Of a stretch of DNA of 64,000 nucleotides, positions 13,311 to 26,892 are shown in pieces. The stretch is from the NCBI GenBank assembly GCA_965235115.1, contig OZ249436.1, positions 49,292,001 to 49,356,000 on the forward strand, given 5' to 3'. Position numbers and translations under genes: made by a program. The notes under the pieces were generated by a model, which searched no databases, had not been told where the DNA came from, and saw only the letters and a list, made by a program, of their open reading frames with translations. The DNA comes from Laetmonice hystrix (taxonomy: Eukaryota). Numbering within the stretch: position 1 is the first letter of the stretch; each line of letters opens with the position of its first letter.

Positions 13311-15546
13311 ATATGGCGGGCCAGAGGGGCCCTAACGCGCCTGCCAGGGATCTCCCTTAATGGGGAGTCACATGGTGTCTTGCCCCACCCCAGCCAAAAA
13401 TGATTAGTGAAGATAGTAAATAGGCCTACTTTAAAACACCTTTTGAAGGACTATTATTGGCGCAGACTACTGAAACGAGAAATTCACGATGCCGAGGAAT
13501 GCAGAGACGAACAGTTCTCCACAACGAATTTTATTTAGAAATTGTTGGCTAACGTCCTAACTGTGGCACTCATTAAAAAACCAATGGTACATTTTGTTAG
13601 AAATTTTTGGCTAACGTCACTTTATATTTCATTCTCTTTCACAGAACAGGTTGGCTGGAAGAAGAAGCAAATAGACGGGATAAACTTATTGAACTGAGAT
13701 CAATAAACAAAGATTCAGTGTCCCAGGAACTTCCACCTATAGAATATGAAATAGCGCTTCAAATTTGTTACAGAAAAAAAGTTCCCTTGCTCCCCTTCCC
13801 CTATACGAGTCTAAACCCTACCATTCCCTGTTATTGTGCACTATCACCCAGTACTTGTGATGGGGGTAGGCCTACGCAGGTATTCCCAGCAAGACTTCCA
13901 TTTTTACCAATTCAGAGAATAGCACCGTGCCAGATCGTCCTTCCGGTTCCCCGTGGTCTATAACTAAAGATTACAATCTACGTACAACCAGATATCGTCG
14001 GGACTGTCTGAACGGTAAACAAACAAGGTTAGGTAGTTGGTACATCGAGGCCCGTCTTTGCCCACCCTGCGACAGTTGGTATACACATCGAGGCCCGTCT
14101 TTGCCCACCCTGCCAGGTATTTGACATTTCAGTAATTGCTGCTTCCTCCGCGTCCCCCACCGTTTGACTTTTACCCCTCTGAGCTCCCCCTAGCGGGTCG
14201 TCCGAGCTTTAATGTCTCCCGATGGGTCGCCAAGAGAGGGCCTGTTTGATTGGACATGAACACCCACTTAGAACGAATTAGCACGCAGCATGCTTTCTTT
14301 CCCATTCCTGCAGGGTACCACATCACAACGTGACGTCTCGGCCTATAGCTCTCAGACAGACGTGTGGTAGCCTTGCGCTATTCATTCCTACATTCGGAAA
14401 TCCCAGCTACATCTATTTATATCCCTATATTTCTTCATTGTCAACTAGAAGTTTGGTCATAAGTTTAATATTAGTGATCCACAGTCAATGGAAGCATTCG
14501 AGCTGTACAAAACACCAAGATTAACATATTCCAAAATCGTATTGTGCTATCCTTTCAACGTATCTAGGCCTAGAGATCTAACTTCCATGTTCAATGAATC
14601 TCCTCATGTAACAAAAGTCTTAACTTGAATCAAACTGAGAAATAAAACGACCCACGGGTCGGTTTGACCATTATGTTTGGACACTGTTTTACGTCCTATA
14701 ATAAATAGAAAATGTCTTCTTTGACATAAAGGACATACTTTTGATCTTGCATGAGATATTGATCTATCCAAGAAATTAACGAAAAAAATGGCCCTTTAGA
14801 AAACCCCAACCTGCCTGGTTTGGCGCCCCTCCTCCCTCCTGTAGGGCTCTACATTAAACCCGCTTGACCAAGCCGACATCGTGTCGGGTCAAGCGTTCAT
14901 AACTGTGCACGTCCAGCCCCAGGTTATATTTTCATACACAGTTCTGTGAACCGTCGGAACTGTTTTCAAACGGCCAGGAGACAGCGAGGGACGGCACGTG
15001 TACACTGAGAGGACGACCGCCGTGAGGACTTAGTCAACAGCGCCCCCTGGTGTCTCTGACGGCGTCCCGGGGTATTCTGCGGGACATCCACGTACCCCAC
15101 TCAGTGGGTGGTCGGACTCTGAGGGCAAGGGACAATATTTACATAAAATCATCAATAACAGTGTCATCAATAAATAGGTCCTTCACTATAGGACACCCTT
15201 AATCAAACTAATCCGTTGTATGAAAGACATAGAAATACAATGAGAGCGACCCAAAATATGCACAATTTTGTTTTCTTTTTACAAATGTTCTTTTTCACCA
15301 CCGCCATTTCAAACAAGTAGCTTAATAATTTAACGTATGTAACCCCATGTCAATATTTGTAAAAACTAACCTGGAAACTATTTTTTTTTCTATATATATT
15401 TTTCCTGAATCTATACAAAAAGCATGCTAGCAAATAAGAACTTTTTACCGTCGTTTTTGTTCATATACAGCCAACATGCTTAACTTGATATTGAGTGCTG
15501 ATTGACCATGGTTATATCGTTTCATACTTGGGAATGATAAATATCG

Positions 15547-15547
<1 letters not shown>

Positions 15548-15632
<85 letters not shown>

Positions 15633-15675
15633 GACAGAGAGAGTCAGAGCCAAGGAGAGCGACAGACAGAGAGAG
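15548..15675. repeat. (GA)n microsatellite
   Basis: Direct inspection. Similar GA/TC tracts at 22485-22625, 32478-32580, 48876-48958, 50271-50428 and 59775-60080. Confidence 0.98.
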
Positions 15676-16092
15676 CGCGAAGAGGCACTGGCACAGGTAT
15701 AGGCCCATAGGTAGACTCTACCTTTCGAAAAGGAAAGCCCCTCCTCTGCACGCACGAAAAACGCGGCCATTCCGACCACTTGAAGAATAAACCACCTCTT
15801 TATCCGCCCACCCGTCCTCCCCCACCTAGCGACGCCTGGCTCCAAAGGTCGTGGACTGTGAAGTGTTAGATGCGATCCCTCACACCGACCGACTTCACAC
15901 AGGAGGCCGGCCGACCGACCACGGCTACCACAGCGACCTCTATCGGATCGCCCAGCTGCTAGAGCTTGTCACCGAACGAACGCAAGGAGCGGGTGGTGAT
16001 ACCCATTTAAACACTCCATTAGCAATCCACCACTACAATTTACTATACAACCACTGACCATTAAGGTCCATAGAATGAAATTCGCTTTTGAA

Positions 16093-16580
16093 GGGGGGGG
16101 GGGGGTACGGGTAAAACCTTAAATAGCTATCGGGGGGGGGGGTACGGGTAAAGCATTAAATAGCTATCAGGGGGGGTACGGGTAAAACATTAAATAGCTA
16201 TCGGGGGGGGGGGGGGTACGGGTAAAACATTAAATAGCTATCGGGGGGGGGGGCACGGGTAAAACATTAAATAGCTATCGGGGGGGGGGGGCACGGGTAA
16301 AACATTAAATAGCTATCGGGGGGGGGGGGGCACGGGTAAAACATTAAATAGCTATCGGGGGGGGGCACGGGTAAAACATTAAATAGCTATCAGGGGGGGG
16401 GGGGGTACGGGTAAAACATTAAATAGCTATCGGGGGGGGGGTACGGGTAAAACATTAAATAGCTATCGGGGGGGGGCACGGGTAAAACATTAAATAGCTA
16501 TCGGGGGGGGGGGGCACGGGTAAAACATTAAATAGCTATCGGGGGGGGGGGGCACGGGTAAAACATTAAATAGCTATCGG
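16093..16580. repeat. ~38-42-bp minisatellite with variable poly-G, ~12 copies
   Basis: (G)7-14 [t/c]acgggtaaaacattaaatagctatc repeated. Confidence 0.96.
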
Positions 16581-17214
16581 GCCATATTCTTCGGACATTA
16601 TTATAGCCTATATTTTGAATCGTCCCAGAGAAGTTAAAAGAGGATAAAGCGGCAATAGCTTGGGGCGGGGGGGGGGGGGGGACTTAGAGATTTGATATTC
16701 TTTGTTGGCGCATGCCTGGGTATAAGTTATGAATGTTGTTCTTAGATATCGGAGATAGCTTTCATGTCTGACCTCTGGTCGGAGATGACCTTATGTGTTG
16801 TAACTGATAATGTTGGACGCTGAGCCGGGTGTGATAATCTGGTACATGTATGATAACCGTCTGTCAGGGATGACTCGATCATTGACCATGTCTTTGTGAA
16901 CAACTTCCAGCCAGTGCGGGACATACCGCTACGTAAACCATGCAGAGAGGTGAACTTACAGAGATGAAACAAACTTATCTATTAAACAGCCAACGGTCGT
17001 GATCTTCATGTTATGGAAGGGTCAGCACATCACTCCGAAAGACCAGAATCTCACGGCCAGGCCGAATTAATCGATTAAAACAAGGTTATGCTGTGTCGAT
17101 TTAGCGTTTGATGCTGCATGTTCTTTTCCCGTCTAAATTTTCTAGAGCTATAGTTTGTTACAAGACGATATCAGTTGATGTGATGTAGGCACACGATGCC
17201 AAGATATACAGAAG

Positions 17215-20100
17215 AAGTGTCAGATACACAGCGATATAGGAGGTATGTGTAGTGGTTGATACACACTGATATAGGAGGTATGTAGTGTTAGATACACACC
17301 GACATAGGAGGTATATGTATAGTGTTTGATACACAGCGATATAGGAGGTATGTATAGTGTTTGATACACACGGTTATAGGAGGTGTGTATAATGTTAGAT
17401 ACACACCGATATAGGGGGTATGTATAGTGTTAGATACACACTGTTATAGGAGGTATGTATAATATTTGATACACACCGATATAGGGGGATGTATAGTGTT
17501 AGATACACACCGATATAGGAGGTATGTATTTTTCTTTTGAAATGCACGGGCATCAGGGGTAACCCAATTACTTTGACAATGTCCCTAAAGAGAAAAGTTG
17601 TATAGTCCTCTACAGGAATCGAACCCAGGCCCTAAGATTACTGCACCCATTCGCATAGCATAAGGTGTCGACATCCATGCTATATATAGTATAGTGTTTG
17701 ATACACACTGATATAGGAGGTATGTATAGTGTTTGATACACACTGATATAGGGGGATGTATAGTGTTAGATACACACCGATATAGGAGGTATGTATAGTG
17801 TTAGATACACACCGATAGGAGGTGTGTACAGTGTTTGCTATGTACAGCGATATAAGAGGTATGTATAGTGTTAGATACACGCTGATATAGGAGGTATGTA
17901 AAAGAACGTATACGTTCTTTGCTGATATATGAGGTATGTATAGTGTTAGATACACACTGATATAGGAGGTATGTATAGTGTTAGATACACACCGATATAG
18001 GAGGTATGTATAGTGTTAGGTACACACCGATATAGGAGGTATGTACAGTGTTTGATACACAGCGATATAGGAGGTATGTATAGTGTTAGATACACACTGA
18101 TATAGGAGGTATGTATAGTGTTAGATACACACTGATATAGGAGGTATGTATACTGTTTGATACACACTGATATAGGAGGTATGTATACTGTTTGATACAC
18201 ACTGATATAGGAGGTATGTATACTGTTTGATACACACTGATATAGGAGGTATGTATACTGTTTGATATACACTGATATCAAAGAACGTATACGTTCTTTG
18301 CTGATATATGAGGTACGTATAGTGTTAGATACACACTGATATAAGAATAATGTACAGTGTTTGATACACACTGATATTTGATACACACCGATATAGGAGA
18401 TATGTATAGTGTTAGATACACACCGATATAGGAGGTATGTATAGTGTTAGATACACACCGATATAGGAGGTATGTATAGTGTTAGGTACACACCGATATA
18501 GGAGGTATGTACAGTGTTTGATACACAGCGATATAGGAGGTATGTATAGTGTTAGATACACACTGATATAGGAGGTATGTATACTGTTTGATACACACTG
18601 ATATAGGAGGTATGTATACTGTTTGATACACACTGATATAGGAGGTATGTATACTGTTTGATACACACTGATATAGGAGGTATGTATACTGTTTGATACA
18701 CACTGATATAGGAGGTATGTATACTGTTTGATACACACTGATATCAAAGAACGTATACGTTCTTTGCTGATATATGAGGTATGTATAGTGTTAGATACAC
18801 ACTGATATAGGAGGTATGTATAGTGTTAGATACACACCGATATAGGAGGTATGTATAGTGTTAGGTACACACCGATATAGGAGGTATGTACAGTGTTTGA
18901 TACACAGCGATATAGGAGGTATGTATAGTGTTAGATACACACTGATATAGGAGGTATGTATACTGTTTGATACACACTGATATAGGAGGTATGTATACTG
19001 TTTGATACACACTGATATAGGAGGTATGTATACTGTTTGATACACACTGATATAGGAGGTATGTATACTGTTTGATACACACTGATATAGGAGGTATGTA
19101 TACTGTTTGATACACACTGATATCAAAGAACGTATACGTTCTTTGCTGATATATGAGGTATGTATAGTGTTAGATACACACTGATATAGGAGGTATGTAT
19201 AGTGTTAGATACACACCGATATAGGAGGTATGTATAGTGTTAGGTACACACCGATATAGGAGGTATGTACAGTGTTTGATACACAGCGATATAGGAGGTA
19301 TGTATAGTGTTAGATACACACTGATATAGGAGGTATGTATAGTGTTAGATACACACTGATATAGGAGTTATGTACACTGTTTGATACACACTGATATAGG
19401 AGGTATGTATACTGTTTGATACACACTGATATAGGAGGTATGTATACTGTTTGATACACACTGATATAGGAGGTATGTATACTGTTTGATACACACTGAT
19501 ATCAAAGAACGTATACGTTCTTTGCTGATATATGAGGTACGTATAGTGTTAGATACACACTGATATAGGAATAATGTACAGTGTTTGATACACACTGATA
19601 TTTGATACACACCGATATAGGAGGTATGTATAGTGTTAGGTACACACCGATATAGGAGGTATGTACAGTGTTTGATACACACTGATATAGAAGGTATGTA
19701 TAGTGTTAGATACACACTGATATAGGAGGTATGTATAGTGTTAGATACACACTGATATAGGAGGTATGTATACTGTTTGATACACACTGATATAGGAGGT
19801 ATGTATACTGTTTGATACACACTGATATAGGAGGTATGTATACTGTTTGATACACACTGATATAGGAGGTATGTATACTGTTTGATATACACTGATATAG
19901 GAGGTATGTATACTGTTTGATACACACTGATATAGGAGGTATGTATACTGTTTGATACACACTGACATAGGAGGTATGTATACTGTTTGATACACACTGA
20001 TATCAAAGAACGTATACGTTCTTTGCTGATATATGAGGTACGTATAGTGTTAGATACACACTGATATAGGAATAATGTACAGTGTTTGATACACACTGAT
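17215..20100. repeat. 35-bp satellite array (~2.9 kb) with higher-order repeat structure
   Basis: atataggaggtatgtatagtgttagatacacactg, period 35. A marker palindrome recurs at 379/466/379/379/501-bp spacing. Interrupted at ~17530-17685. Confidence 0.97.
18272..18307. mobile_element. 22-bp perfect palindrome between 7-bp direct repeats (P-like transposon footprint); copies at 18745, 19124, 19503, 20004, partial 17900
   Basis: ctgatat|CAAAGAACGTATACGTTCTTTG|ctgatat, whereas the normal satellite unit has a single ctgatat. Confidence 0.6.
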
Positions 20101-20749
20101 ATTTTCTCAAGTGAGGAACTTATTATACGCCAGATAATAATGAAAAGGGGGCAACCTATATAACCGTCAGATATTGCGTTACTGTGGACTATATAGTCAG
20201 ACGGTGCCTGCCGCCTTCCCGGGGTATATGTATGTACGATGGTAACTATAGATTCAGACTACCACATCAAACTCGGAACGAGGGAGGAGGGCAAGATGCA
20301 ATATTTGGGTAACTTTTTTGGTCCATTCTGCACGTGTCGGCGAGAGTGTTGCCGTTTGAATTGGCTGCCGGCATTTCCTCTTGTCAGAGCTCATCAGAAA
20401 TTCTTCCTTCACATTACTTCCCCTACCGTGGTCTTTCCCCCAAGACGCTCTCATATCGTCAAGGCTCAATTCTATTCATCAGGACCACTGTTAGCGCCTT
20501 AAGGAAGTAGATTTTATATGGATATCACATACGCCCCCCCCCCACACACACACACATAAGTCTAGGTGATCTGTGAAATATGGCGAATAAAGGCGATGTC
20601 TTGTCTCTGTAAAATGAAAAGAAAACTATGAACATGATATTTTGAAAGTATTGAACTCTACCCCCTGGAAAATAACAACCAACGTCTATGAATGCCCGGC
20701 CGCGTCGAGCCGACCTGTGTCCACCGTCTTTACCGGGTAGACGACCGAC

Positions 20750-20763
20750 GCGCCACCTAGCGG
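20750..20763 (-). promoter_or_regulatory. CTCF-like binding motif
   Basis: Minus strand CCGCTAGGTGGCGC matches the CTCF core consensus. Further matches at 14183-14196, 15040-15052, 25810-25822, 25831-25844, 34594-34606 and 34637-34650. Confidence 0.5.
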
Positions 20764-22539
20764 TTACTGCCGAGCGACAACCGGAAGAAGCACGCTTTGT
20801 CCGCGTGTATTCTCACACATGGAAAACGCACGAAAACAGCGCGAAACGCGACGGATTTCACGCACGGTAGGCGCGAGTCAGCGCCTTTCACAGGGGCATG
20901 CACAGGAAAAGTCCTGCACGCGTTTTAGTTTTTAATGAGGAAAAGATGTTCGGATTTACGTTCAAACAAACAAGAATGAAATAAAGAGATTCATTTCTAC
21001 TTATGGAATTACCTCTTTTTAATGAACTTTTGTTGATTCGTGTAGTCCCTCCTGTGTTGTATTTATTTAAGCTTAGATCTATAGATCCTTCCTGAACGTA
21101 CAGTTTCAGTTTGGGTGTATAAACGTGCAGGGTAGTAAAATCAAATCAAAGTATCCTATTTTTATAAGTTGACAATCTTATTTTATCTGGCTTTAAGATA
21201 CTTGCCATGATAATCACTAGACGATGGTATGATGAAGACCGATATTAAACCCCCTGTAACTTATGATCAATCAGGAAACATAAAAGTGACCTTGAAACGC
21301 GAGCTGATAAACACTTAATAATATAAACTCTAAATACAGGGGGTGTTTTCTCAGACGTTGATGTCTAGACAACAGTCATGATTAAGGCACCAAGATAATA
21401 TCGAAATCTCTCCCAGAAACTGCAATCACAGAATAGTCGCAGACAACAACAGAGAATAATCTTATCATGGGGACCAGCGGGGTGTCATCCCCCCACGGAC
21501 CTTGTCATCTTGTGGTCGAAAGGACATTCCAAGTCGGTCCGTGTCGCTGCCAAAACCCGCGGCAAAACATGGGCCAATCAGTCTCTCACCTCTGGCGAGC
21601 GCCGAGCAAGCTTTGTGTTGTAACTCGAGTAGTGTTGAAAAGCTAACGGTCGGGTGCGTTTCGTCGTCAACTCACCGGAGTGCCTGATACCGGGGCCGCA
21701 CGGCCCGCGCCCGCCCGCCTATCACGGCCCTCGGCCGGCCATGTCTAATCGTCCTCATCTTGTCCGCCCCCCGCAGACGGCTAATTCGACATGCGTATGT
21801 CGGCCGACACCCACTGGGTACCGCCCGGGTCTCAGCCTGTACGGTAACCCGACCCAGCCAGGGCTCCGTCAACGCTGGCTTTACTCAGAACATAGCTGAC
21901 CTGTCCTCATGGGCAGGACGACGAGTTGAGCAAAACGTTAGGGTCATTTTTATATGAGGTCAAACAGGGGCTATAGACGTAACAATCCATATAGGCCCAG
22001 GTTTGTTTCGGTCCTTAAGGTCTAGATTGCATTCCTTGTCTTTGCATGTAGGCCTATACCATGTGCAATATGTAGGTCTGTACCTTAATCCCCCACTTAC
22101 CTGCCATATTCCCAATGCGCATACAATTTCAAATTTCAAACAGCTCAGCATGTCCTAAGTGTGACAGATAGGCCTACACGACCAATGTAGTACCTTTTCG
22201 GACTTAGACAATTTTCGGCCACTTCCGGAATAGGACAGGTAGGGGCCTAGGCCTAAGTGGGGGATTAAGGTATAGGCTATAGGCTATGTGGCCCTAGTAG
22301 GCCCTATACATGTACGATTGTTGGGATGACATTGAATGTATGCATTGTATTTAGAGATACGGTGTACGTGATCACATTAATTGACACGGAAGTGAAGTAT
22401 AGCTATGCAGTTCTGTAGGCCTACATTTGTGCTAGACCTCTACAATTTACGTTGTGGATCCCAGAAACATGCTGCCCCCTACCCAGAGAGAGAGAAGAGA
22501 GAGGGAGAGAGAGAGGAGAGAAAGAGGAGAGAGAGAGGG

Positions 22540-22588
<49 letters not shown>

Positions 22589-22589
22589 G

Positions 22590-22626
<37 letters not shown>

Positions 22627-22785
22627 CATGTTGAAAACTTTTCAGTGCATGCATGGATGGGTGTATCATGCTACGTTATCCCATGCATCATCATGCGAAG
22701 GAATCAGTAATTACTTTAGTATGTTTCCCGGGACTTCTTTTTCTCGCTGGTTGAAATACGAGATGCAATACCAAGGAGAACAGTG

Positions 22786-22875
22786 CACGTGCAGCTGAAA
22801 CGACTGAAAGCTGTGATTGGTCAAGACGCTGTGACGTCATTATATGGCTGCATAGACAGATGGGGCGGTACCAAT
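22786..22875 (+). promoter_or_regulatory. Probable proximal promoter of the bHLH gene
   Basis: Within 90 bp, ~300 bp upstream of the ATG: CACGTG (22786), CAGCTG (22792), ATTGG (22816), TGACGTCA (22832), CAGATG (22857), GGGGCGG (22862), CCAAT (22871). Confidence 0.6.
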
Positions 22876-23165
22876 GGATGGGTGATCCGATATTCCTGAC
22901 CAAGGTACGGCTCTGTCGGTCTGGACTGGACGTGCAGGAGGTGCTTCATCTTTACTCATAACAAAAGAAAGGGCAATGAGATTACCTTAGGGCATATCAG
23001 TTCAAAAGGATTGCTAAGTAGATGTCTATAGAACGTGGGAAAGCATTGAGAGCGGAAAGGTGGTAGGCCTTCAAAAAAGAAAGGTAACAGGTGACAAACA
23101 GAAAGGAAGGAGGCTATTATCTGTAAAACAAGAGAAGGCGATTTCTTTCGTTATTGTCATTGAAG

Positions 23166-23996
23166 ATGATGGCCCTGATGGAGAGGCCGTGTGTTTTCGA
23201 CCACCGTCTCGGGTTGTACGGGGGCCCGGGCGGGGGGCCGGGCGGGCTGGAGTTGACCGGCCTCCCGGGGGCGGAGACCCCGGCGGCTGACCGTGCCGGG
23301 CGAGTGCCGACCCCGGCAGCCGTGATCACCCCGCCCGTCGGTTACACGGCCACCAACACGCTCGCTGACCGTCTGCCGGCACCTGAACACCCGGCAAGTG
23401 TTGTACAGACGGACGTTCTGCGGTACGGAGACGGCGGAATGATGGGAGGAGGGATACCGCAGCAACAGGTGAGCGTGCCGGGGTCGTCATGCGAGGCCTA
23501 CCAGCGGCAACACCTCCCCGGTGCCGGCGGCACACCCTCCCCGGGTAATTACCTCCATACGGACGGTCTCCCCACCGGACAACCGTCCCCACCCCCGCCG
23601 GCCGCTCAACCCTCCACGCTCTGCCCGACGGGAGCATACAGTTCCCCGACACCAGGGCAGGCTCCGGGCGCCTTCCTCGGGGACCCACGCCACGTCTGCC
23701 CGCCCAATAATTACAATCAACTCTGCCAGGACAGCGTCAGTGGTCCACAAACTCAGCTTGGGTATGACAGCCTGAACAGTTCTTCGTGTGAGTCGTACTC
23801 GATGAATGTGTTTGACCTGTGTCCGGGCGGCGAGCAGACCGGTGAACACGACACCATAGCCGGGTGTCCTAACACCTCCTCCCGGTCAATCTACGCTCCC
23901 CAGCCGAGCCCTGGTCAGCAGCACGGACCCAGTCACCCCCAACAACCCAGTCAGTGCCCCTTCACTGACACCGACGACACGAAGAAACCTAAAAAG
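23166..23996 (+). CDS. bHLH transcription factor, coding exon 1 (Pro/Gly/Ser/Gln-rich N-terminal region, 277 aa)
   Basis: GC-rich ORF from ATG 23166 (MMALMERP...) to a phase-0 donor AAG|GTAGAT after ...TKKPKK; joins exon 2 in frame. Confidence 0.85.
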
Positions 23997-24349
23997 GTAG
24001 ATATTCTACGTTCTATATTAATATTTTGTCGACAGCAATACGATTCTGTTATAGAAGTGGAAAAGCTTCCTTTGTTGGTTTAAAATGAGATCTCTAATTC
24101 TCTCACTCTCATTTGGAGCACCTCGACACACACACATGTACTTTTCCCCCCAAATATTGAATCTCCCCGTACAAAGTGATCTATGAGAAGGACATCCCCA
24201 AGTATGATGTAAATACAAGTCTACATACATGTAGGTTGTGTATAGATATCATAGATGTTACAATGCGCCTAAAGTTACGATGGTATAAGATAAATGTGTC
24301 GAAAAGAAAAGTGTTCAAAGACGCGGATATTTCCGTAGGCCTATAATGG

Positions 24350-24390
24350 CAAGAATATTGAGATCCATGGGTCCCATAGCAATATTCTTG
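24350..24390. mobile_element. 41-bp mini inverted-repeat element/footprint in bHLH intron 1
   Basis: ataatgg|CAAGAATATTG...CAATATTCTTG|ctaatgg: 11-bp perfect TIRs and a 7-bp near-TSD (1 mismatch). Confidence 0.55.
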
Positions 24391-26745
24391 CTAATGGTCT
24401 GTCATGAAAGTCGAGACGAGATCCTTGGTTTATAACTGATGTCCAACCTCAAACACGAGACACAAGTTAAATCAATATATTATTAACATCATATTAATTT
24501 AGTGATGTGGTGTCTTCCGTATTCATTTCCTCCTAAATAAGTAAATTATATGTTAATGACCCTACAAGAAAACAGTGGCCCAGTCAAAGTCAAATCACGC
24601 GTTTTCCAATGTTAAAGGGAAGTTTGAACACGGTAATGTGCAGAAAGCATTGAAAAACACTTCTATCTTATTTAAACATCTACAGTTGCTGACAATTATT
24701 TATCACAGATATATCGGTACGATATTCATCGTATAGAGGCCTAGTTTAGGTACAGATACCATCGTTTTCCTGCAACTATAGTATATGAATACAAAACTAA
24801 AACAACCCAGGAGACGATCGTTGTTTTCCATTCAATACGAAATATCCGATTTTCCCCGCAAATTTGACAAGAAAATATCGGAAATAATAATAAGTAATTA
24901 CAGGCAGCATTCTAGAGTTAATGACTCCAATTGTGTTTAAAGAGTTTTAGAATATTTTGCCCTGCAGCTTAAAGGAAATCTGTCCGAAAATTGAAATAAA
25001 CGCAGTCAATTCAACAAAACTTGAGTAAAAACAATTATTTTAAGGAGTTTCTAGCAGTCTGGTACCATGGCGCGTCCATATCGACAATATTTTTAATTAA
25101 TTAATTAAGCGTTTACCTATTTGGCTATAGAGACGAGAGCACGCGAATCAAATCATGCCCTTATTAGGATTATGCATGGGGGGGGGGGGAGGGCGGGCGG
25201 AGCAGTGCGAGGCAGCGCATGGGCCCAATCCCGTTGCTATAGTAACGAGCGCCATTACCGTTAGCCTCGCGGAGTGGCAGTGTTCTAGGTTCTCAGTCCA
25301 TTGAGATGAAAACAATGGGATGTATCGCATCATTATGGCTCATAATCAACAACAGACCTAGCACAACAATGTTAGGATTACGACAGAATGTTTTATCAGT
25401 CCAGTGGGATAGATTCAAGATGAGGTAAGCTTGAAATACGCGGATTCGTAGGACAAGGGGACACCGCTCCAACAAAACATGGCGGCTCTAGGGTGATCGA
25501 TTACCTTTAATCACCGGACTTTGCGTCAAAGCTGTTCATTTACCGGGTATAGGCTACTGTAATCACTGGACTTTACGTCAAATATAGGCCTATATAGCTG
25601 TTCCGGGTATAGAGTCTACGTTTATATACTGTACATGCATTAATCACTGAACTTTACGTCAAAGCAGTTCATTTACCGGGTATACTGTACATGTATTTAT
25701 ATGTGAGCGGCGTTTGCTTTGTGTAAACAAAACATATTCTTGATGAACTCGACCAACCACAATAAAGCACGTGGTTATTGGCGCACTGTTTCTAAACGCC
25801 GATTGAAGAGCGCCCCCTGGCGTGCACGTGGCGCCACCTAGCGAGCATTCGCAACAACTCGGCAGGCCGCAGCGATTGGAGCGAGGCCGTGCCACTCACT
25901 CTAAGCAGGTGATGCTATGAAAAAGCTAGCGAGGTTAAAGCTTCTCTTCCATGTGATCGCTCTTGCAATGATAACATGAATAGGATGCACACGATGTCGT
26001 CATACTACCCGTGCGTAATTTACATGAACTTTTTCTCAAAGGTGTTCAGCCGGCCTGTAAATAAAAACAATGTTTTCTGTTCGAGTCGTGCGTAGGTGTG
26101 TGTTTACTTTTATTGTGTCCGAGTAACGGCATCCATGAGCTTCTTGAAGATAACATTCATATACCAAAGATACTAATAATGGATATCGAAAAGAAATTAT
26201 AGTGGGACATGGTAAATTCAATAATTCTAATTCAGTGTCGCCTGGGCCAGAAAGGGCAAAGGCCACTGGCAGAGTAGACTTTTATTATGCAACTTTAAAG
26301 GACTCAAAGAATTAGTTGAGGGTTAAGGATGTTTTTTTTTAAAAAAACCCCTATTAATGGGTATTTAATTAATTTTGGGGATAAAATGTAGGCCTACATG
26401 TACGTTGGAAAAAAACAATAGTTATGGGGGCATGATCTGCTCCTGATAAAGCATTTCTAACTAAATGTGGGGATCTCTGGAGGGAACAAATCCAACATTT
26501 GTGCTCAAATAATCGATTTTTAGATTTCATTGGTACCGAATTGGCCCATACGGAGGTAAAAAAAATATGCATTGGCTTAGACCTATAGCTACGTTTGTGT
26601 TCCCTCCAATAGAACACGCGACTCTCGGCAAAGGGACAATCCCTGTTCATAGAAACAACACCCCCGTCTATAGGTTTGGCACCACAGACCCAGTTTTGTT
26701 TCTTTCCCTGACTGACGATGACTTTCCCCTGTTTGTTACCATCAG

Positions 26746-26892
26746 GGCGGCGGCCGACACGCCCTTCTCACACCCGACCTTTACTCACGAGAGGGAGCCA
26801 CTGAGCGGGAACGGAACAGGATGCACCTATTGAACGACGCATTCGATGCATTACGTCAAGTCGTACCTAAAGCAAACCTCAGTGAACATCAG
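26746..26892 (+). CDS. bHLH transcription factor, exon 2 (basic region, helix 1, loop)
   Basis: Polypyrimidine tract then atcag|; 147 nt = GGGRHALLTPDLYSREGATERERNRMHLLNDAFDALRQVVPKANLSEHQ; donor CAG|GTAAAA; phase 0 at both ends. Confidence 0.95.

Noticed and set aside
17560..17670. tRNA/SINE-like B-box (GGTTCGATTCC, minus strand) interrupting the satellite; similar ggttcga at ~12070
   Set aside because: No cloverleaf or convincing A-box; at most a decayed SINE head.
17680..20096. Multiple minus-strand ORFs (YTYLLYQCVSN...)
   Set aside because: Translations of a 35-bp satellite whose period is not a multiple of 3.
20340..20405. Hammerhead-like CTGATGA...GAAA on the minus strand with a 5-bp stem III
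   Set aside because: Stem II closing pair is wrong, the NUH cleavage triplet is absent and stem I does not pair.
23997..24083. C-terminal 28 aa of the 309-aa ORF
   Set aside because: Read-through into intron 1; composition turns AT-rich after the AAG|GT donor and the bHLH exons join in frame.
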